Assembly: GCF_001194135.2 (NCBI RefSeq)
Contig: NC_068991.1
Span: 53,780,992 to 53,842,314, forward strand
Length of the DNA: 61,323 nucleotides
Reading direction: 5' to 3'
Origin: Octopus bimaculoides
Taxonomy: Eukaryota
Shown here: piece after piece, positions 48,242-60,037 of the stretch
Layout: each line of letters begins with the position of its first letter
Position numbering within the stretch: position 1 is the first letter of the stretch
The notes under the pieces: model-generated
What the model was told of the DNA's origin: nothing
The model's input: the letters and a program-made list of their open reading frames with translations, nothing else
Database searches by the model: none
Translations under genes and position numbers: made by a program

Positions 48242-48549
48242 TATATATATTTGTGTGTGTGTGTGTGTTTGTGTATGTTTGTGTGTGCGTGCGTGTGTGC
48301 TTATCACCACCTAAACGTGGGTGTTCTATAAGAACAAGCAATACTGTTTTAACCGCAGGAGGACGCCTCCTCTAGCTACTTATTTAATGCGCTTCGCACT
48401 CGATATCTATTGCAAGTGGGAAGAGAACTCCCTAGTAGTCTAGCTCGACCACCAAATCACGTGATTTCGACCTCATTTTGGTCATCTTCAATGATGCATA
48501 CTCGTCTGCTAGACACAACATATATGTGCGCGCGCGCGGGTATGTACAC

Positions 48550-48668
48550 GATGGGATTTTCTGGTGCTACAGTAGAAGACACTTATCCAAGGTGTTGCAC
48601 TGCGGGGCTGAACTCAAAACTACATGGTTACAAAGCAAGCTTCTTAACCACACTGCTATACCTGCGCC
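48550..48668 (-). mobile_element. SINE family B head fragment
   Basis: GCTACAGTAGAAGACACTTATCCAAGGTG...CTTCTTAACCACACTGCTATACCTGCGCC. Confidence 0.7.
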
Positions 48669-49274
48669 CACAAACCGATCTTCACAAGATATGATTTAAA
48701 GAAAATCGAAATATTTTGATCTGATTAGAAGTAGAGGTTATGACTTGTAGAATATGGTTGTAACAAACATGAAAGTACATACTCCCAAGAAATATGGTTT
48801 GATTTCTAAGCTAGACAAAGAATCACAGCGGGAGATGGAAAATAAATATATAAATACGCCCTGGGACTCGATCGATAAGCACAGCGGAGACTTCGATATA
48901 AAACCGCAATTTGATATAAATTTAAGTAGCTGTAAAATGGAGAGAAATCTATCCTAAGGGGCTTATGGTTATTTGTTGATTATATGACAGTGTGTGTGTG
49001 TCTCTGTGTAGATGTATCTGTGTATACGCATGTATGTGTGTGTGTGTGTGTACATAGATGCATGCATACGTACGTACAAACACAAACACACACACACAAG
49101 CACACACATATTAATGTTTGACGAGATATAATAAAAATAATTTTACATTAAGAATTCCTAGCAAGCCGAAACTTCGAAGTCACTATCACCACGCTTCCGG
49201 TAAAAGTATAAGCTATCTACCTATCTATCTATCTGTCTATCTATCTATTTGAATTATGTGTGTGTGTGTGTGTG

Positions 49275-49312
<38 letters not shown>

Positions 49313-49769
49313 CGTGCGTGCGTGTGTTGTGTGTGTGCGTGCGTGTGTGTGTGTGTAGATAAATATAATGTAATTGAAGATAATAGAAAATATGTACTGA
49401 GAAAAATCGTGTATATAAAAGACGATATAGAAATATGATTATGCATACCAGCGCCACCTACTCTATTTTTTGTGTGTAATTTTGTTGTGAAACTTGTCTG
49501 CTGAAGAGAAATAAAATATCTCAAGTTAATGAGAGCACGTGATCCGGAAACTAACTGTAGCAATTTCGATGCTCCAGGTCCAGTATAGTTGTGTCACGTG
49601 CTCATCAAATCAAGGCTACACGTCTTATAAGCCATTCAAAGAGTCTTGTGTGACGCAGTTATACAACATCGAAGGAGATTGAATGGAAAACCGAGACGAC
49701 TCTGCCCGCCATTTCGATTTCCTCCCCACTTCAAACAATATTTACGGCATGGTTATTTTTTTAATCTTT

Positions 49770-50380
49770 TGTCTTTTATTTCAGTCATTGGACTGCGGCT
49801 ATGCTGGGGCATCGCCTTCACAGGTCTAGTCGAGCACATCAACAAGAGTACTTATTGTGTTTTAAAGTCTGGGACTTATTCTATTGAGATCTTTTGCTGA
49901 ACCGCTATACTACGAGGATGTGAACAAACCAACACTCGCTCAAACCCACCAACTCCACCCACACTCACACGCACATATCTACAACGAGCTTCTCTCAGTT
50001 TCTTATTTCTTTATTGCCCACAAGGGGCTAAACATAGAGGGGACAAACAAGGACAGATAAAGGGATTAAGTCGATTACATCGACCGCAGTGCGTAACTGG
50101 TACTTAATTTATCGACCCCGAAAGGATGAAAGGCAAAGTCGACCTCGGCGGAATTTGAACTCAGAACGTAGCGGCAGACGAAATACCGCTAAGCATTTCG
50201 CCCGGCGTGCTAACGTTTCTGCCAGCTCGCCGCCTTCTTTCAGTTTCTGCCTACCAAATTTACTCACAAAGCATTGGTCGACTCGGGGCAATAATAGAAG
50301 ACGGTTGCCCAAGGTGCTGTGCTCTGGGACAAAACCCGAAACCACGTGGTTGCAAAACGAGCTCCTTAACTACACAACCA
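49770..50380 (-). mobile_element. SINE family B interrupted by a young SINE A
   Basis: Tail 49770-49990 and head 50235-50380 flank the insertion. Confidence 0.8.
50003..50234 (-). mobile_element. Young SINE family A nested in SINE B, 13-bp TSD
   Basis: TTCTCTCAGTTTC (49990-50002) / TTCTTTCAGTTTC (50235-50247); near-consensus sequence. Confidence 0.92.
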
Positions 50381-50795
50381 CGAACATCTTTTCTCTTCTG
50401 TGGTTTTAGTCGCTGAACGCGGACATGCTGGAACGCCACCTTCAATTGTGTAGCAGTTGATCACTCGGACTCCAGTATTTATTTCAATCTGGCACTTATT
50501 TTATCAAGTTTTATTTACTACTTAGTTTAAGGACAACATAAGCAGCAGAGATATGTCATTTTTGTTTAAATATATATTTCTGTAACATTTTACGGTTCTT
50601 GTACTCTGTTATTTTTTCCACCTCTTAATTGTAAAAGTTTCTGTATAAAACATATTTACAAAGATAATAAATTTTCCTGTGATGAAAACACATTTATTAG
50701 ACGACACTTGACATGTCTTCATAATAAGATACTTCAGACAATATACACGATTTGACTGATTTGTATTGACCAACAATGGTTATTCTTGGTTTCAG

Positions 50796-50917
50796 GAAAG
50801 GTTTGTCGGAGTTCAGTTGATGGTTTGGGGATGTACAGTTCAGACACATTTGTGTCTTTCAGTTCACTAATAAATAAAGCAAAAATTATTTGTCTCTTAA
50901 CCATAAAACCAGAGAGT
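50796..50917 (+). CDS. Candidate exon (GKVCRSSVDGLGMYSSDTFVSFSSLINKAKIICLLTIKPES)
   Basis: TTATTCTTGGTTTCAG acceptor, GTAAAG donor; phase 1 start matches the 38086-38245 exon. Confidence 0.45.
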
Positions 50918-51752
50918 GTAAAGATGACTTAACCAACAAACATTCATTACTGGCAGTCTGTTTATCAACTCTCATAAAATTCATGGGAATTTAATGTAGA
51001 ACAGTGAGATAGAGAACTAAACGTATAATATTTTTAGAATGCTTGTTACTAATCGCTCTCTTTAAAGAACTGTATTATACCAAAGCTCAAAGACTTTTGT
51101 AAGAGAACTTATTCTAGTAGCCTAATGGTGTTTATTTTATTGAAGTTGACAATATTGCGATGTCATCGCAACTTAAAATCGCTTCTTCGATTGGAAATAA
51201 AACATTAGATTTATAGAAAAACAGAGCATCAGCAATTTTAGTTCCAGCTGGGTCACAAGACTGAACTAAGGCTCAGCTTCTTGCGACTGTAAACCCACCA
51301 AGACACCAAAGCACTGACTCACCCGAAAAATTAAGACGACAAGCCGTCCCCTGAAATATTTGTCAAAAGTCTCTATATAGCTATCAGAAAGAAATGTATA
51401 AGTTGAGCAAAGATCGTTGAGAAGATTTTGACTTGATTTATAGTTTGTCATGAGCCCTAGGACCGGAGCTTAATCCAGTTTTCTTGCTGTATAAGGGACT
51501 GGAACAATAGCACTCATCCCTGGCGAAGACGCAGGTCCGTCGAAGAGTTAATTTCCTAGCTATTGCTGAAGCTCATTTAAAGCTGACTGGACTGAAACAA
51601 CATAAAATAAAATGGTTTATGCAAGAACACAACGCACTGCCAGGTCCAGAAATTGAAACCATGATCTTGTGATTGCAATACTTTAAGCACTTGGCTACGC
51701 GCCTTCTTATTCAAATTAGGCACTTATAAATTATATCTTACCAGATTTACAG

Positions 51753-51794
51753 TTGAAACTAAGTGAGAAATCCAAATCAATACTGATTGAAGAA
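51753..51794 (+). CDS. Candidate exon (LKLSEKSKSILIEE)
   Basis: ATTTACAG acceptor (alternative at 51744), GAA|GTACGT donor; phase 0 to 0. Confidence 0.3.
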
Positions 51795-52095
51795 GTACGT
51801 ATATAGATGCGCACACTCACCCATTCAGCTTGTTTTAGTGATTCTCCTAGTTTACATCAACATCAAAGTTGGGATAATATGCATCTTATCAAAGAAATAT
51901 TTCGTCATAACGTCTTTTCAAACGATGAAATGCATATTTTTCAGTCATACACAGACATTCAAGGTCGACCTTACAGCAACATTTACAACACCCTTTCAAT
52001 ACTAGAATATCATCATTCTTTTTACAACTAACTTATAAGATGTCATAAAATATTTGAATATGTATCAATCAAATTTCTAATTAGAAATGAAACAT

Positions 52096-52230
52096 GAAGC
52101 TTGTTTTGCAATCTCGAAGTTTCCGTATCAGTCCCACTGCATGATACCTTGAGCAAGTGTCTTCTGCTATAGCTCCGAATCGACCAATGTCTTCTGAGTG
52201 GATTTGGTAGAAGGAAACTGTGGAAGACTG

Positions 52231-52270
<40 letters not shown>

Positions 52271-52776
52271 GTGCGCGCGTGTGTGTTTATCGTATGTGTA
52301 TGTATGTCTGTGGGAGTGGGGGTGGAGAGAGAGAGTTTGTGTTTGTTCTCCCTCCCTTCCACTTGACAACTGTTGTTGGCTTGTTAATGTCTCCATAACT
52401 TACCAGTTCGTCAAAGATTGCGATAGAATAAGTACGAAACATGAAAATAGATACTGGGGTTGATTTGTTTGACTAAACCCGTCAAGAAAGTAGTCCAGCA
52501 CGGCTGCAGTCCAGTAACTAAAACGAGCAGAAAAATAAAAGATAAAGGTGCAGGGGTGACTGTGTGATAAGAAACTTGCTGCCCAACCACATGGTTCCGG
52601 GTTCAGTCCCACTGCATGGCACTTTGAGCAAGTGTCTTCTGCTATAGCCTCGAGCCGACCAAAGCGTTGCGAGTGGATTTGGTTGATGGAAACTGAAAGA
52701 AGACCGTCACGCACACACACACACACACAAGCCTTGTGAGTGGATTTGGTAGACGGAAACTGAAAGAAGCCCGTTG

Positions 52777-52848
<72 letters not shown>

Positions 52849-53020
52849 TTTGTCTACCCACCATCGCTTGACACCGATATTAGTGGTTCGGCAAAAGAGA
52901 CCGATAAAATAAGTACTAGGCTCACAAAGAATAAGGCCTGGAGTCGATTTGTTCGACTAAAGGCGGTGCTCCAGCAAGGCCGCAGTCAAATGATTGAAAC
53001 AAGTAAAAGAATGAAAGAAT
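52096..53020 (+). mobile_element. Two tandem SINE family B copies (about 52096-52545 and 52547-53020)
   Basis: Family B motifs twice, head-to-tail; the second has an internal duplication of about 46 bp. Confidence 0.85.
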
Positions 53021-53404
53021 AAAACGTTTTATTAAGAATATATGAATTCTTCCTTGCATCGGTTATCTTCTGCACATTGCCTCACCATTTATCAGTTACG
53101 GTAACATATCTAATACAATTTTACATCAACCACCTTAAAACTTACCTCCGAAACAACTGTTATATCGTGTAGATATGTTATAGAGAACAAGCGGTTGGTA
53201 TTGCCATTTACTAAGGAAGCTGTATCTATCATATTTACTCATGTATATTTTTGTCCCGCCTTAGTTTTAGCTTTACTCCTTGCACAAGTCGTACCACAGC
53301 ATTTTTTTTCTCTCACTTAAAAGCCAAATATGAAATAAAGCGACTTCTTTCGCGAGTAAAAACAATGTATTTCTTACCACTATACAGATATCAGTTAATA
53401 ATGG

Positions 53405-53612
53405 TTTTGATTTTTGGCACAAGACCAGCACGTTCGGAAGAGAGGTTAAGTCGATTACATCGACCCCATTGCTCAACTGGTGCTTATTTAATCAACCCCG
53501 AAAAGATGACAGGCAAAGTTGACCGTTGTGGAATTTGAACTCAGGACGTGAAGGCGGACGAAATACCGCTAAGCATTTCGCCCGGCGTGCTAACAGTTCT
53601 GTTAATTCGCTG
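53405..53612 (-). mobile_element. SINE family A
   Basis: GGAATTTGAACTCAG...GAAATACCGCTAAGCATTTCGCCCGGCGTGCTAAC. Confidence 0.85.
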
Positions 53613-54244
53613 TCTTAGATATCGGTTAATAATCTAGCTTGAAATTATAAGTGTGTGGAATTCATTGTCACCAATTAAGATAATTGGCTTTAATTATATA
53701 TAAAAAAAAACATGGCAATACTAGGAATTGTATTGAAATGATTTTATGGTTGTGTCCCAGGAGGGTCATTATGCCGATAATACACACGCACTAGTTCTAT
53801 TTCACTTCTTTATTTTATTTGTTAATTGTATAACTATTTAACCAATTAACAAATCGACTGTTTGATTAATCGCTCGGTGAATCAATCAATCAGGTTTGTT
53901 AAAATCCTTTCGTTGCCATCTGTAACCTTATCAATTACATTATGTTTCTATTCCAATTCTGCTTCAGGTCATTATAACCCTCTCGAGATGCAACAAAACA
54001 CGTTTCAACATATAAGGCCACGTCAAGAATCTTGCTAGTCCAACACAATGTCGAAATATTAAAATTAGGGAGGAAAAAAAATAAAGGCCCTCGAAAAATA
54101 TTTGGGAATATATTTTGGAACTTGTGTTTCCCTCCGTGTTCCCTACCCCCAATTCAGAAAACTCAAAGCAAAAAAGCAAAAACAAAGAATTGAAAATAAA
54201 AACATATGTTTTTGCAATATAATATTTATAGTGGACACATTTAA

Positions 54245-54705
54245 GGCGGTGATCTGGCAGAATCGTTAGCACGCCGGGCGAAATGCTTAGCAGTATTTTG
54301 TCTGTCGTCATGTTCTTAGTTAAAATGCTGCTGGGGTCGACTTTGCCTTTCAGCCTTCCGGGGTCGACTTTGCCTTTCAGCCTTCCGGGGTCGACTTTGC
54401 CTTTCAGCCTTCCGGGGTCGACTTTGCCTTTCAGCCTTCCGGGGTCGATAAATTAAATACCAGTTACGCCCTAGGGTCGATGTAATTGATTGATCCTTTC
54501 CCCGCCACAAAAAATTTCAGGCCTTGTGCTTATAGTAGAAAGGATTATTGTTATCATTATTAAGGCGTCGAGCTGGCAGAATTGTTACCGCGCCTTTCAT
54601 TCTTGTGTGGTCGATAAAATAAGTATCAGTTGAACACTGGGGTCGATGTAATCGACTTACTCGCTCCCCGGAAATTGCTGGTCTTGTACCAAAATTTGAA
54701 ATCAA
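54245..54705 (+). mobile_element. Two SINE family A copies (54245-54545 with internal 27-bp x4 array; 54564-54705 internally deleted)
   Basis: TTAA-GGCGG heads and family A tails. Confidence 0.88.
54333..54440 (+). repeat. Perfect 27-bp tandem repeat x4 (GGGGTCGACTTTGCCTTTCAGCCTTCC)
   Basis: Direct reading; a fifth partial unit GGGGTCGA follows. Confidence 0.95.
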
Positions 54706-55055
54706 TATTTATTGTGAACACAGCAAGGTTGAATTGTTAAGAAGTCCTGAGTTCGATCCCACACTGTGACATCTTGGACAAGTATTTTTTTTACCATTGC
54801 TTTGGGTTGACTCCCAGCCATGTTAGTGAAAATGGAAAGACGGAAACTGTGTGGAAATCTGTCGGAGGGGTTGTAATTCAAAGGCCCAGCGTTCGTCACA
54901 CTGATTCTACTATTTTAGGGCTACAGGCGTATGAGGAATACACAGCCACTTGACAAGTTTATCTAATGGAAAGGGAATTTAGTTGATCAAGTAGCTGAAT
55001 TATCACCCTCGAAACCGACTGAGGGTCTATTTAGTGTTATATTATATAATAATAA

Positions 55056-55278
55056 GGCGACGAACTGGTAGAATCGTTATCGCCACCGGACGAAATGCTT
55101 TGCAGAATTTCTTCCGGCTCTTAACTGTCTGAGTTCTCAATTCCCACCGAGGTCGACTTTGCCTTTTATCGTTTCAGTGTAGAGAAAGTAGGAACCAGTT
55201 GAGCCACAGGGGTCGATCTAATCGAATAACCCCTGCCCTCAAAATTGCTGGCCTTTTGCCAAAATTAGAAACCATTAT
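55056..55278 (+). mobile_element. SINE family A, degenerate
   Basis: GGCGACGAACTGGTAGAATCG...GAGGTCGACTTTGCC...GCTGGCCTTTTGCCAAAATTAGAAACC. Confidence 0.8.
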
Positions 55279-55937
55279 TTCTAGTAGTTTGTGAGGAAGA
55301 AAATAATTAGGCTACCGTTGAAGAAATTCCCTGGTATTGTATCGATTGTTGGTTCGATCTATTTCATTAACTGATCGATTCAGTATGAGACTACAATCAG
55401 AGTTCCTACACTGCATTCACTAAATCATGAAAAATATTCTTCATTCATCGACTCTGCAAAATGTCTGAATATCCATTCAAACTTTCACGCGACAATTACA
55501 AACAATCTTGGGGTCTTTTGTTTATTTATTCATTCGTTTATTTATTTATATGAAATCTGTCTGGATTGAAATTTGTGTAAATATTTGTTTATTGGCATGA
55601 ATGGTTCGAACAACATTGAATTACAGCATATTCAGAACAGTGTCATCCATCTTACTGTCAAAATGCGAGGAATGTGAGAATTTTAAGGAGAACTATACAA
55701 AAGTTCACTGGCACTATATCAATATTTGAGAATATCGATCACAGGTCTTATGTTAATACATGTTGTATTTACACTAGTATCTATCGTGCTATTTTATACT
55801 AAGAAATTGCTGAGGTTGCGACTTGTAGACGGGAATATGAAAGGAAAACTTTTTACCAAGATTTAACACTTGTCTAGTGATGCGACTTATACATGCATGC
55901 GATGTATACATGAGTAAATATTCTTTTTATTTTTTTT

Positions 55938-56149
55938 TTTACTTATTTCATTCATTTGATTGCGGCCATACTGGAGCATCGCCTTAAATAGTTTTAGTGG
56001 AAGAAATCGACCCCAGGACTTATTTCTTGTGAGCCTAGTACTTATTCTATCGGTCTGTTTTGCCGAACCACTAAGTTATAGGGACGTAAACAAGCCAACA
56101 TCGGTTGTCAAGCGATGGTAGGTGGGAGGACAAACACAAAGACAAACAA

Positions 56150-56180
<31 letters not shown>

Positions 56181-56345
56181 CGACGGGTTTCTTTCAGTTT
56201 CCGTCTACCAAATCCACTCACAAGACTTTGCTCGGCCCGAGGCTATATAGCAGACGACACTTGCCTAAGGTGCCACGCAGTGGCACTGAACCTGGAACCA
56301 TGTGGTAGGGAAACAAGCTTCTTACCACACAGCCACGCCTGCGCC
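55938..56345 (-). mobile_element. SINE family B, full length
   Basis: Reverse complement of head (56180-56345) and tail. Confidence 0.88.
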
Positions 56346-56416
56346 TGAATATGGTAACTGTTTTTAAGTAGCTGTTATGTCTAGGAAATATTTTTACTCA
56401 TTTTTTTTCTTTTATC

Positions 56417-56758
56417 TATTACCTCCGCCGTCATGTTTGTTTGTTTGTCCGTGGACAAGATATCTCAAGAATCGCTGGATGGATTCGGATGAAACTTTTA
56501 GGGATGTTTGTCCTCGTGACTGGCACGAACTGATTAGAGTTGGGGTTGATCCGGTACCGGACAAGGATTCTGGATTATTTTTCCTGTTTTCTTTACTTAA
56601 TTTTTTGAGAGCGGTCGGGTTCATTTTTAGTATTCTCGTTTGTGAGACCAGTTGAGTTTATTTCAGATATTCTCATTTTAAAAATCATCTCTGGCTAATC
56701 GTTGAGAGGACGTTGGTGTTGCCTTGCCGGAGGTTTACGTTCTCTGCGGGCTCTTGTT
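56417..56758 (+). mobile_element. Non-autonomous Helentron/HINE (DINE-1-like) element
   Basis: TATT-ACCTCCGCC 5' subterminal IR, (GTTT)n GTCCGT tract, GATCCGG...CCGGA internal palindrome, 3' GCCGGAGGT counter-IR followed by a short stem and TTT end. Confidence 0.65.
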
Positions 56759-56864
56759 TATTTTGTTTTTTGTCTTGAGATTCATAAGGCCGGCTACCCG
56801 GTTTTCATAGTGTATAAATAACCGAGATCACAACATAAACACTGAAGTGGACACCAGTCTATTA

Positions 56865-57068
56865 CAGGGTTCAAAGCCAACAGTTTTGAGGAGAAGGGCA
56901 AACTGATTACATTGGCGCCATTACTTGACTGGTACTATAATTTATCGATCTCGAAGGAATGAAAGGCCAAGTTGACCTCGGTAGGATTTTAATTCGGAAG
57001 GTAAAGCTCTGGAAGAAATGCCACTATGGCTTTTGTCCAACATACTAACGATTCTGCCAGACTGCCTC
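56865..57068 (-). mobile_element. SINE family A, degenerate
   Basis: TGGTACTATAATTTATCGATC...GAATGAAAGGCCAAGTTGACCTCGG...ACGATTCTGCCAG. Confidence 0.75.
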
Positions 57069-57258
57069 CCTTTTATTCATGTATCCCTTTCCATAAAACA
57101 TTTACAGGGGCGGGCAATGTTGTGTGGTTAAGATTTCGGGCTCAATTCTGTTGTGCAACATCTTGTGTTCTTTAGCTTCTTTGGTTCAGTAATATCTTTT
57201 AAGTGGAATATGCTAAACAGAGACTGTATTAAGGCTCTTAATTTACATGTTTAAAAAA

Positions 57259-57584
57259 GGCACTTGGCTTAGTGGTTAAGATATTTAGCTCACGATCGTA
57301 GGATCGTAAGTTCGATTTCCGGTGGAGTGTTGTGTCGTTGACCAAGATATTTTATTTCACTTACTCCAGTCTTCTCAGCTGGCAGAAATGAGTTGTACCA
57401 GTTGTACCTGTATTTCAAAGGGCCAGTTTTGTCACGCTGTGTCACGCTGAGTCTCCCTGAAAACTACATTAAGGGTTCTCGTGTCTGTGGATTGCTCAAT
57501 CACTTATACGTTAATTTCACGAACAGGCTGTTCAGCTGATCGAATCAACTGGAACCCTCGTCATCATAACCGACGGAATGACAG
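57259..57584 (+). mobile_element. SINE family C, older copy
   Basis: TGGCTTAGTGGTTAAG...GTTCGATTTCC head; GTACCTGTATTTCAAAGGGCC...TTAATTTCACGAACAGGCTGTT...ATCAACTGGAACCCTCG body. Confidence 0.8.
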
Positions 57585-58005
57585 ATAATATACACGCTTA
57601 CTTACTTACATAAGCCTCCATTCCCTGTTGAGTATAGACTGTCAGTCACCGAAGACTTTTCTGATTATTCTCGACCTGGTGCCATCTTTTCTGTTTCTCT
57701 TCTGTTATATCCTTGAGGTAAAGCTTTCTTTTCTCAAGTCTTCTTGCTTCCGAATTGTCATCGATACTTTTGTAACTACGCTTTTTTCCTTGATAGGGGA
57801 AGGAAGATGAGTTTACATAAATTCATTTTTACTTCTGGAGAGGGATGGTTGATATTAGTCTGGCCTCTAGTCTTTGACCTGTCCAGCATAGAAAACCCTA
57901 AGTACTTGCACTTTGCTGGTGTAGCTCTCAGGATCATTGAGAATCATAAGGCTTCACACCACAAGGACTTGACTTCATAGTATATATACATACATACATA
58001 CATAC

Positions 58006-58366
58006 TAGGTTTATACCCGTAATTATTGGGGCACTGGGATATGTAACGCACTGCCTAAATGTTGAGAAATTAGGCTTCTCAAAACCCAAAACGAGAAAGC
58101 TGATTCGAAGACTACAGATCTAATTCATCACCGGAACTGTAAAAATCTGTAAAACTTTCCAGAAGATTATCATTTCAGTATATTAGATCATGTCTAGACA
58201 TGCAGGTATATGCATGAGAATACATACATAAAACAAATCTGCACATATACATGCATACAAAAATACCCTGTTGATGTTGAAATTCCAATGAAGGAGACTT
58301 GGATCTACGATAGAAACCAACTCTTTCTGTACTCACAAGTTATCATGAAATAAAACTGAATAACGA
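58006..58366 (+). mobile_element. 5'-truncated R4/Dong-like (RLE-type) non-LTR retrotransposon end inside (CATA)n
   Basis: Reads FIPVIIGALGYVTHCL...LIRRLQI*FITGTVKICKTF, the P.V.GALG...Q....GT..I pattern ending RLE domains; (CATA)n on both sides. Confidence 0.65.
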
Positions 58367-58417
58367 CATACATACATACATACATACATACATACATACA
58401 TACATACATACATACAT

Positions 58418-58645
58418 GATGGCTGCCCCCTCGTTATCGAGTATGGCCATTGCACGAAGCTTAACTTAACGGTGCTGTGATCGAATGTGACTTTTTAGCC
58501 CAGCCAAAGATCTACAGTGTCTTGCACAGAGTTGGCATCCAAAACCTTTACTGGCAATAGCTGGCTATTGTTGTAATTGAGTTCCATGTACCTTTGCGTA
58601 TCGTTTAAGCCCTCCTGCTGAATCACACTCCCTTCCACATGCCCG
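58418..58645 (-). mobile_element. RTE LINE 3' end with two C2H2 fingers
   Basis: CRACGRECDSAGGLKRYAKVH...CQLCARHCRSLAGLKSHIRSQH*, then TGGCCATACTCGATAACGAG...GCCATCATG(TATG)n. Confidence 0.75.
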
Positions 58646-58789
58646 ACATACATACATACATACATACATACATACATACATACATACATACATACATACA
58701 TACGTACGTACATACATAGTTTATTTCAATTGAATTCCCCACTGGAATAGACCTTATTCTCTTCAATACATACTGAGTTCTCTTTTTCT

Positions 58790-59160
58790 GGTTCCCTCCA
58801 CCTATCAATTCTCTATTCTCTGAGAGTGCCGTGGTGGGTGGGTAGTCTTCAGGCACCTCCTGCATTGGTTCTCTCAGAAGCAACCGTCATTACAATTTCC
58901 TGCTGGATTCTCAAGCATGATCAACTAAGATTATGGATATTATCCAACCATCTCGTCCTTCGTTTACCCTTAGGTCGCCTACCGGTTGACTGGGCCTGAA
59001 GAATCCATCTTGCGATCCTTTATTATGACATTCTAATCACATGTTTGTAGTAATACTGGAGCTGTGAAGTAACGGCTCGATCTGGAGAAACTCACTGATC
59101 TCGGAGCTATGCATTCAGTCGAGTGACTTAACCCCAGAGGCGCTTCGGAGGGAATCTATT
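58790..59160 (-). mobile_element. RTE (Rex3/Expander-like) LINE 3' relic
   Basis: SLRSASGVKSLD..SSEISEFLQIEPLL...KHVIRM..RIARWILQAQSTGRRPKGKRRTRWLDNI. Confidence 0.7.
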
Positions 59161-59223
59161 TTTGCCGTACGTATTCGCAATCGTACACTTTTGACTGTTA
59201 CCCTACATTCTTGTTTGCGTATA

Positions 59224-59261
<38 letters not shown>

Positions 59262-59289
59262 ATGCGTGTGCACAACATATCACTAGTTA

Positions 59290-59470
59290 TAAAACCGTGC
59301 CGTGTCAAAGTGCAACTTAGCGATTTGACGAACGTCTTCAATAAAATAGAAAACAAACAGATATAAGTACTGCTGGGGTCGATTTGGTCGATTAAGTCCT
59401 CGAAGGTGAAAACATGTCCATTACTGCAGTCCAGTGGCTGAACCATTAACTAAAGAATAAGGAATAAAGA
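59290..59470 (+). mobile_element. SINE family B 3' fragment
   Basis: GATATAAGTACTGCTGGGGTCGATTTGGTCGATTAAG...GCAGTCCAGTGGCTGAACC. Confidence 0.6.
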
Positions 59471-59982
59471 TTAAAGAATAAGAAGAAATCCTTCTGAAAG
59501 GCAATATTTAGTTACCATTCGCTGGATTCAAATTCCGTCAAGGATCGATAAAATAGCTATCAATCATTGTAGAATAGATTATATCAAATGTAAACCATCT
59601 ATATAAATATTATGATTTCGTGCCAACGTAACAAATCGTTATATTTTATGTAAGTTAGAGGTAGGGGATTTGGCAAGGTAGGGCCAATGCACCATTATAT
59701 CTAATTTCATAGCTCAATTCCACAATCGCATGTCGTTGATTATTTTATGAAATAAATTCATTATTTATTATTAAAGAAAATGCAAGAAGTAGCAGCGCCT
59801 AGAATTTCTAATTTTCTCTATCGTTGATTTTATTACTCTGTATACGTGACTGCAGTACATTCATACAGCTAATAACAGCTATATAACTTAAGTCTATATA
59901 TATACATTATTCTTAACTGGCCCAAATTTCGAAGTCACTGTTTTTAATGCTACTGAACATAAAAACAAACATTAACTTAACA

Positions 59983-60037
<55 letters not shown>

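Noticed and set aside
51807-52031. 74-aa ORF (...WDNMHLIKEIFRHNVFSNDEMHIF...)
   Set aside because: Protein-like, but its acceptor is only 44 nt after the 51794 donor and in the wrong phase. Left uncalled pending RNA-seq.
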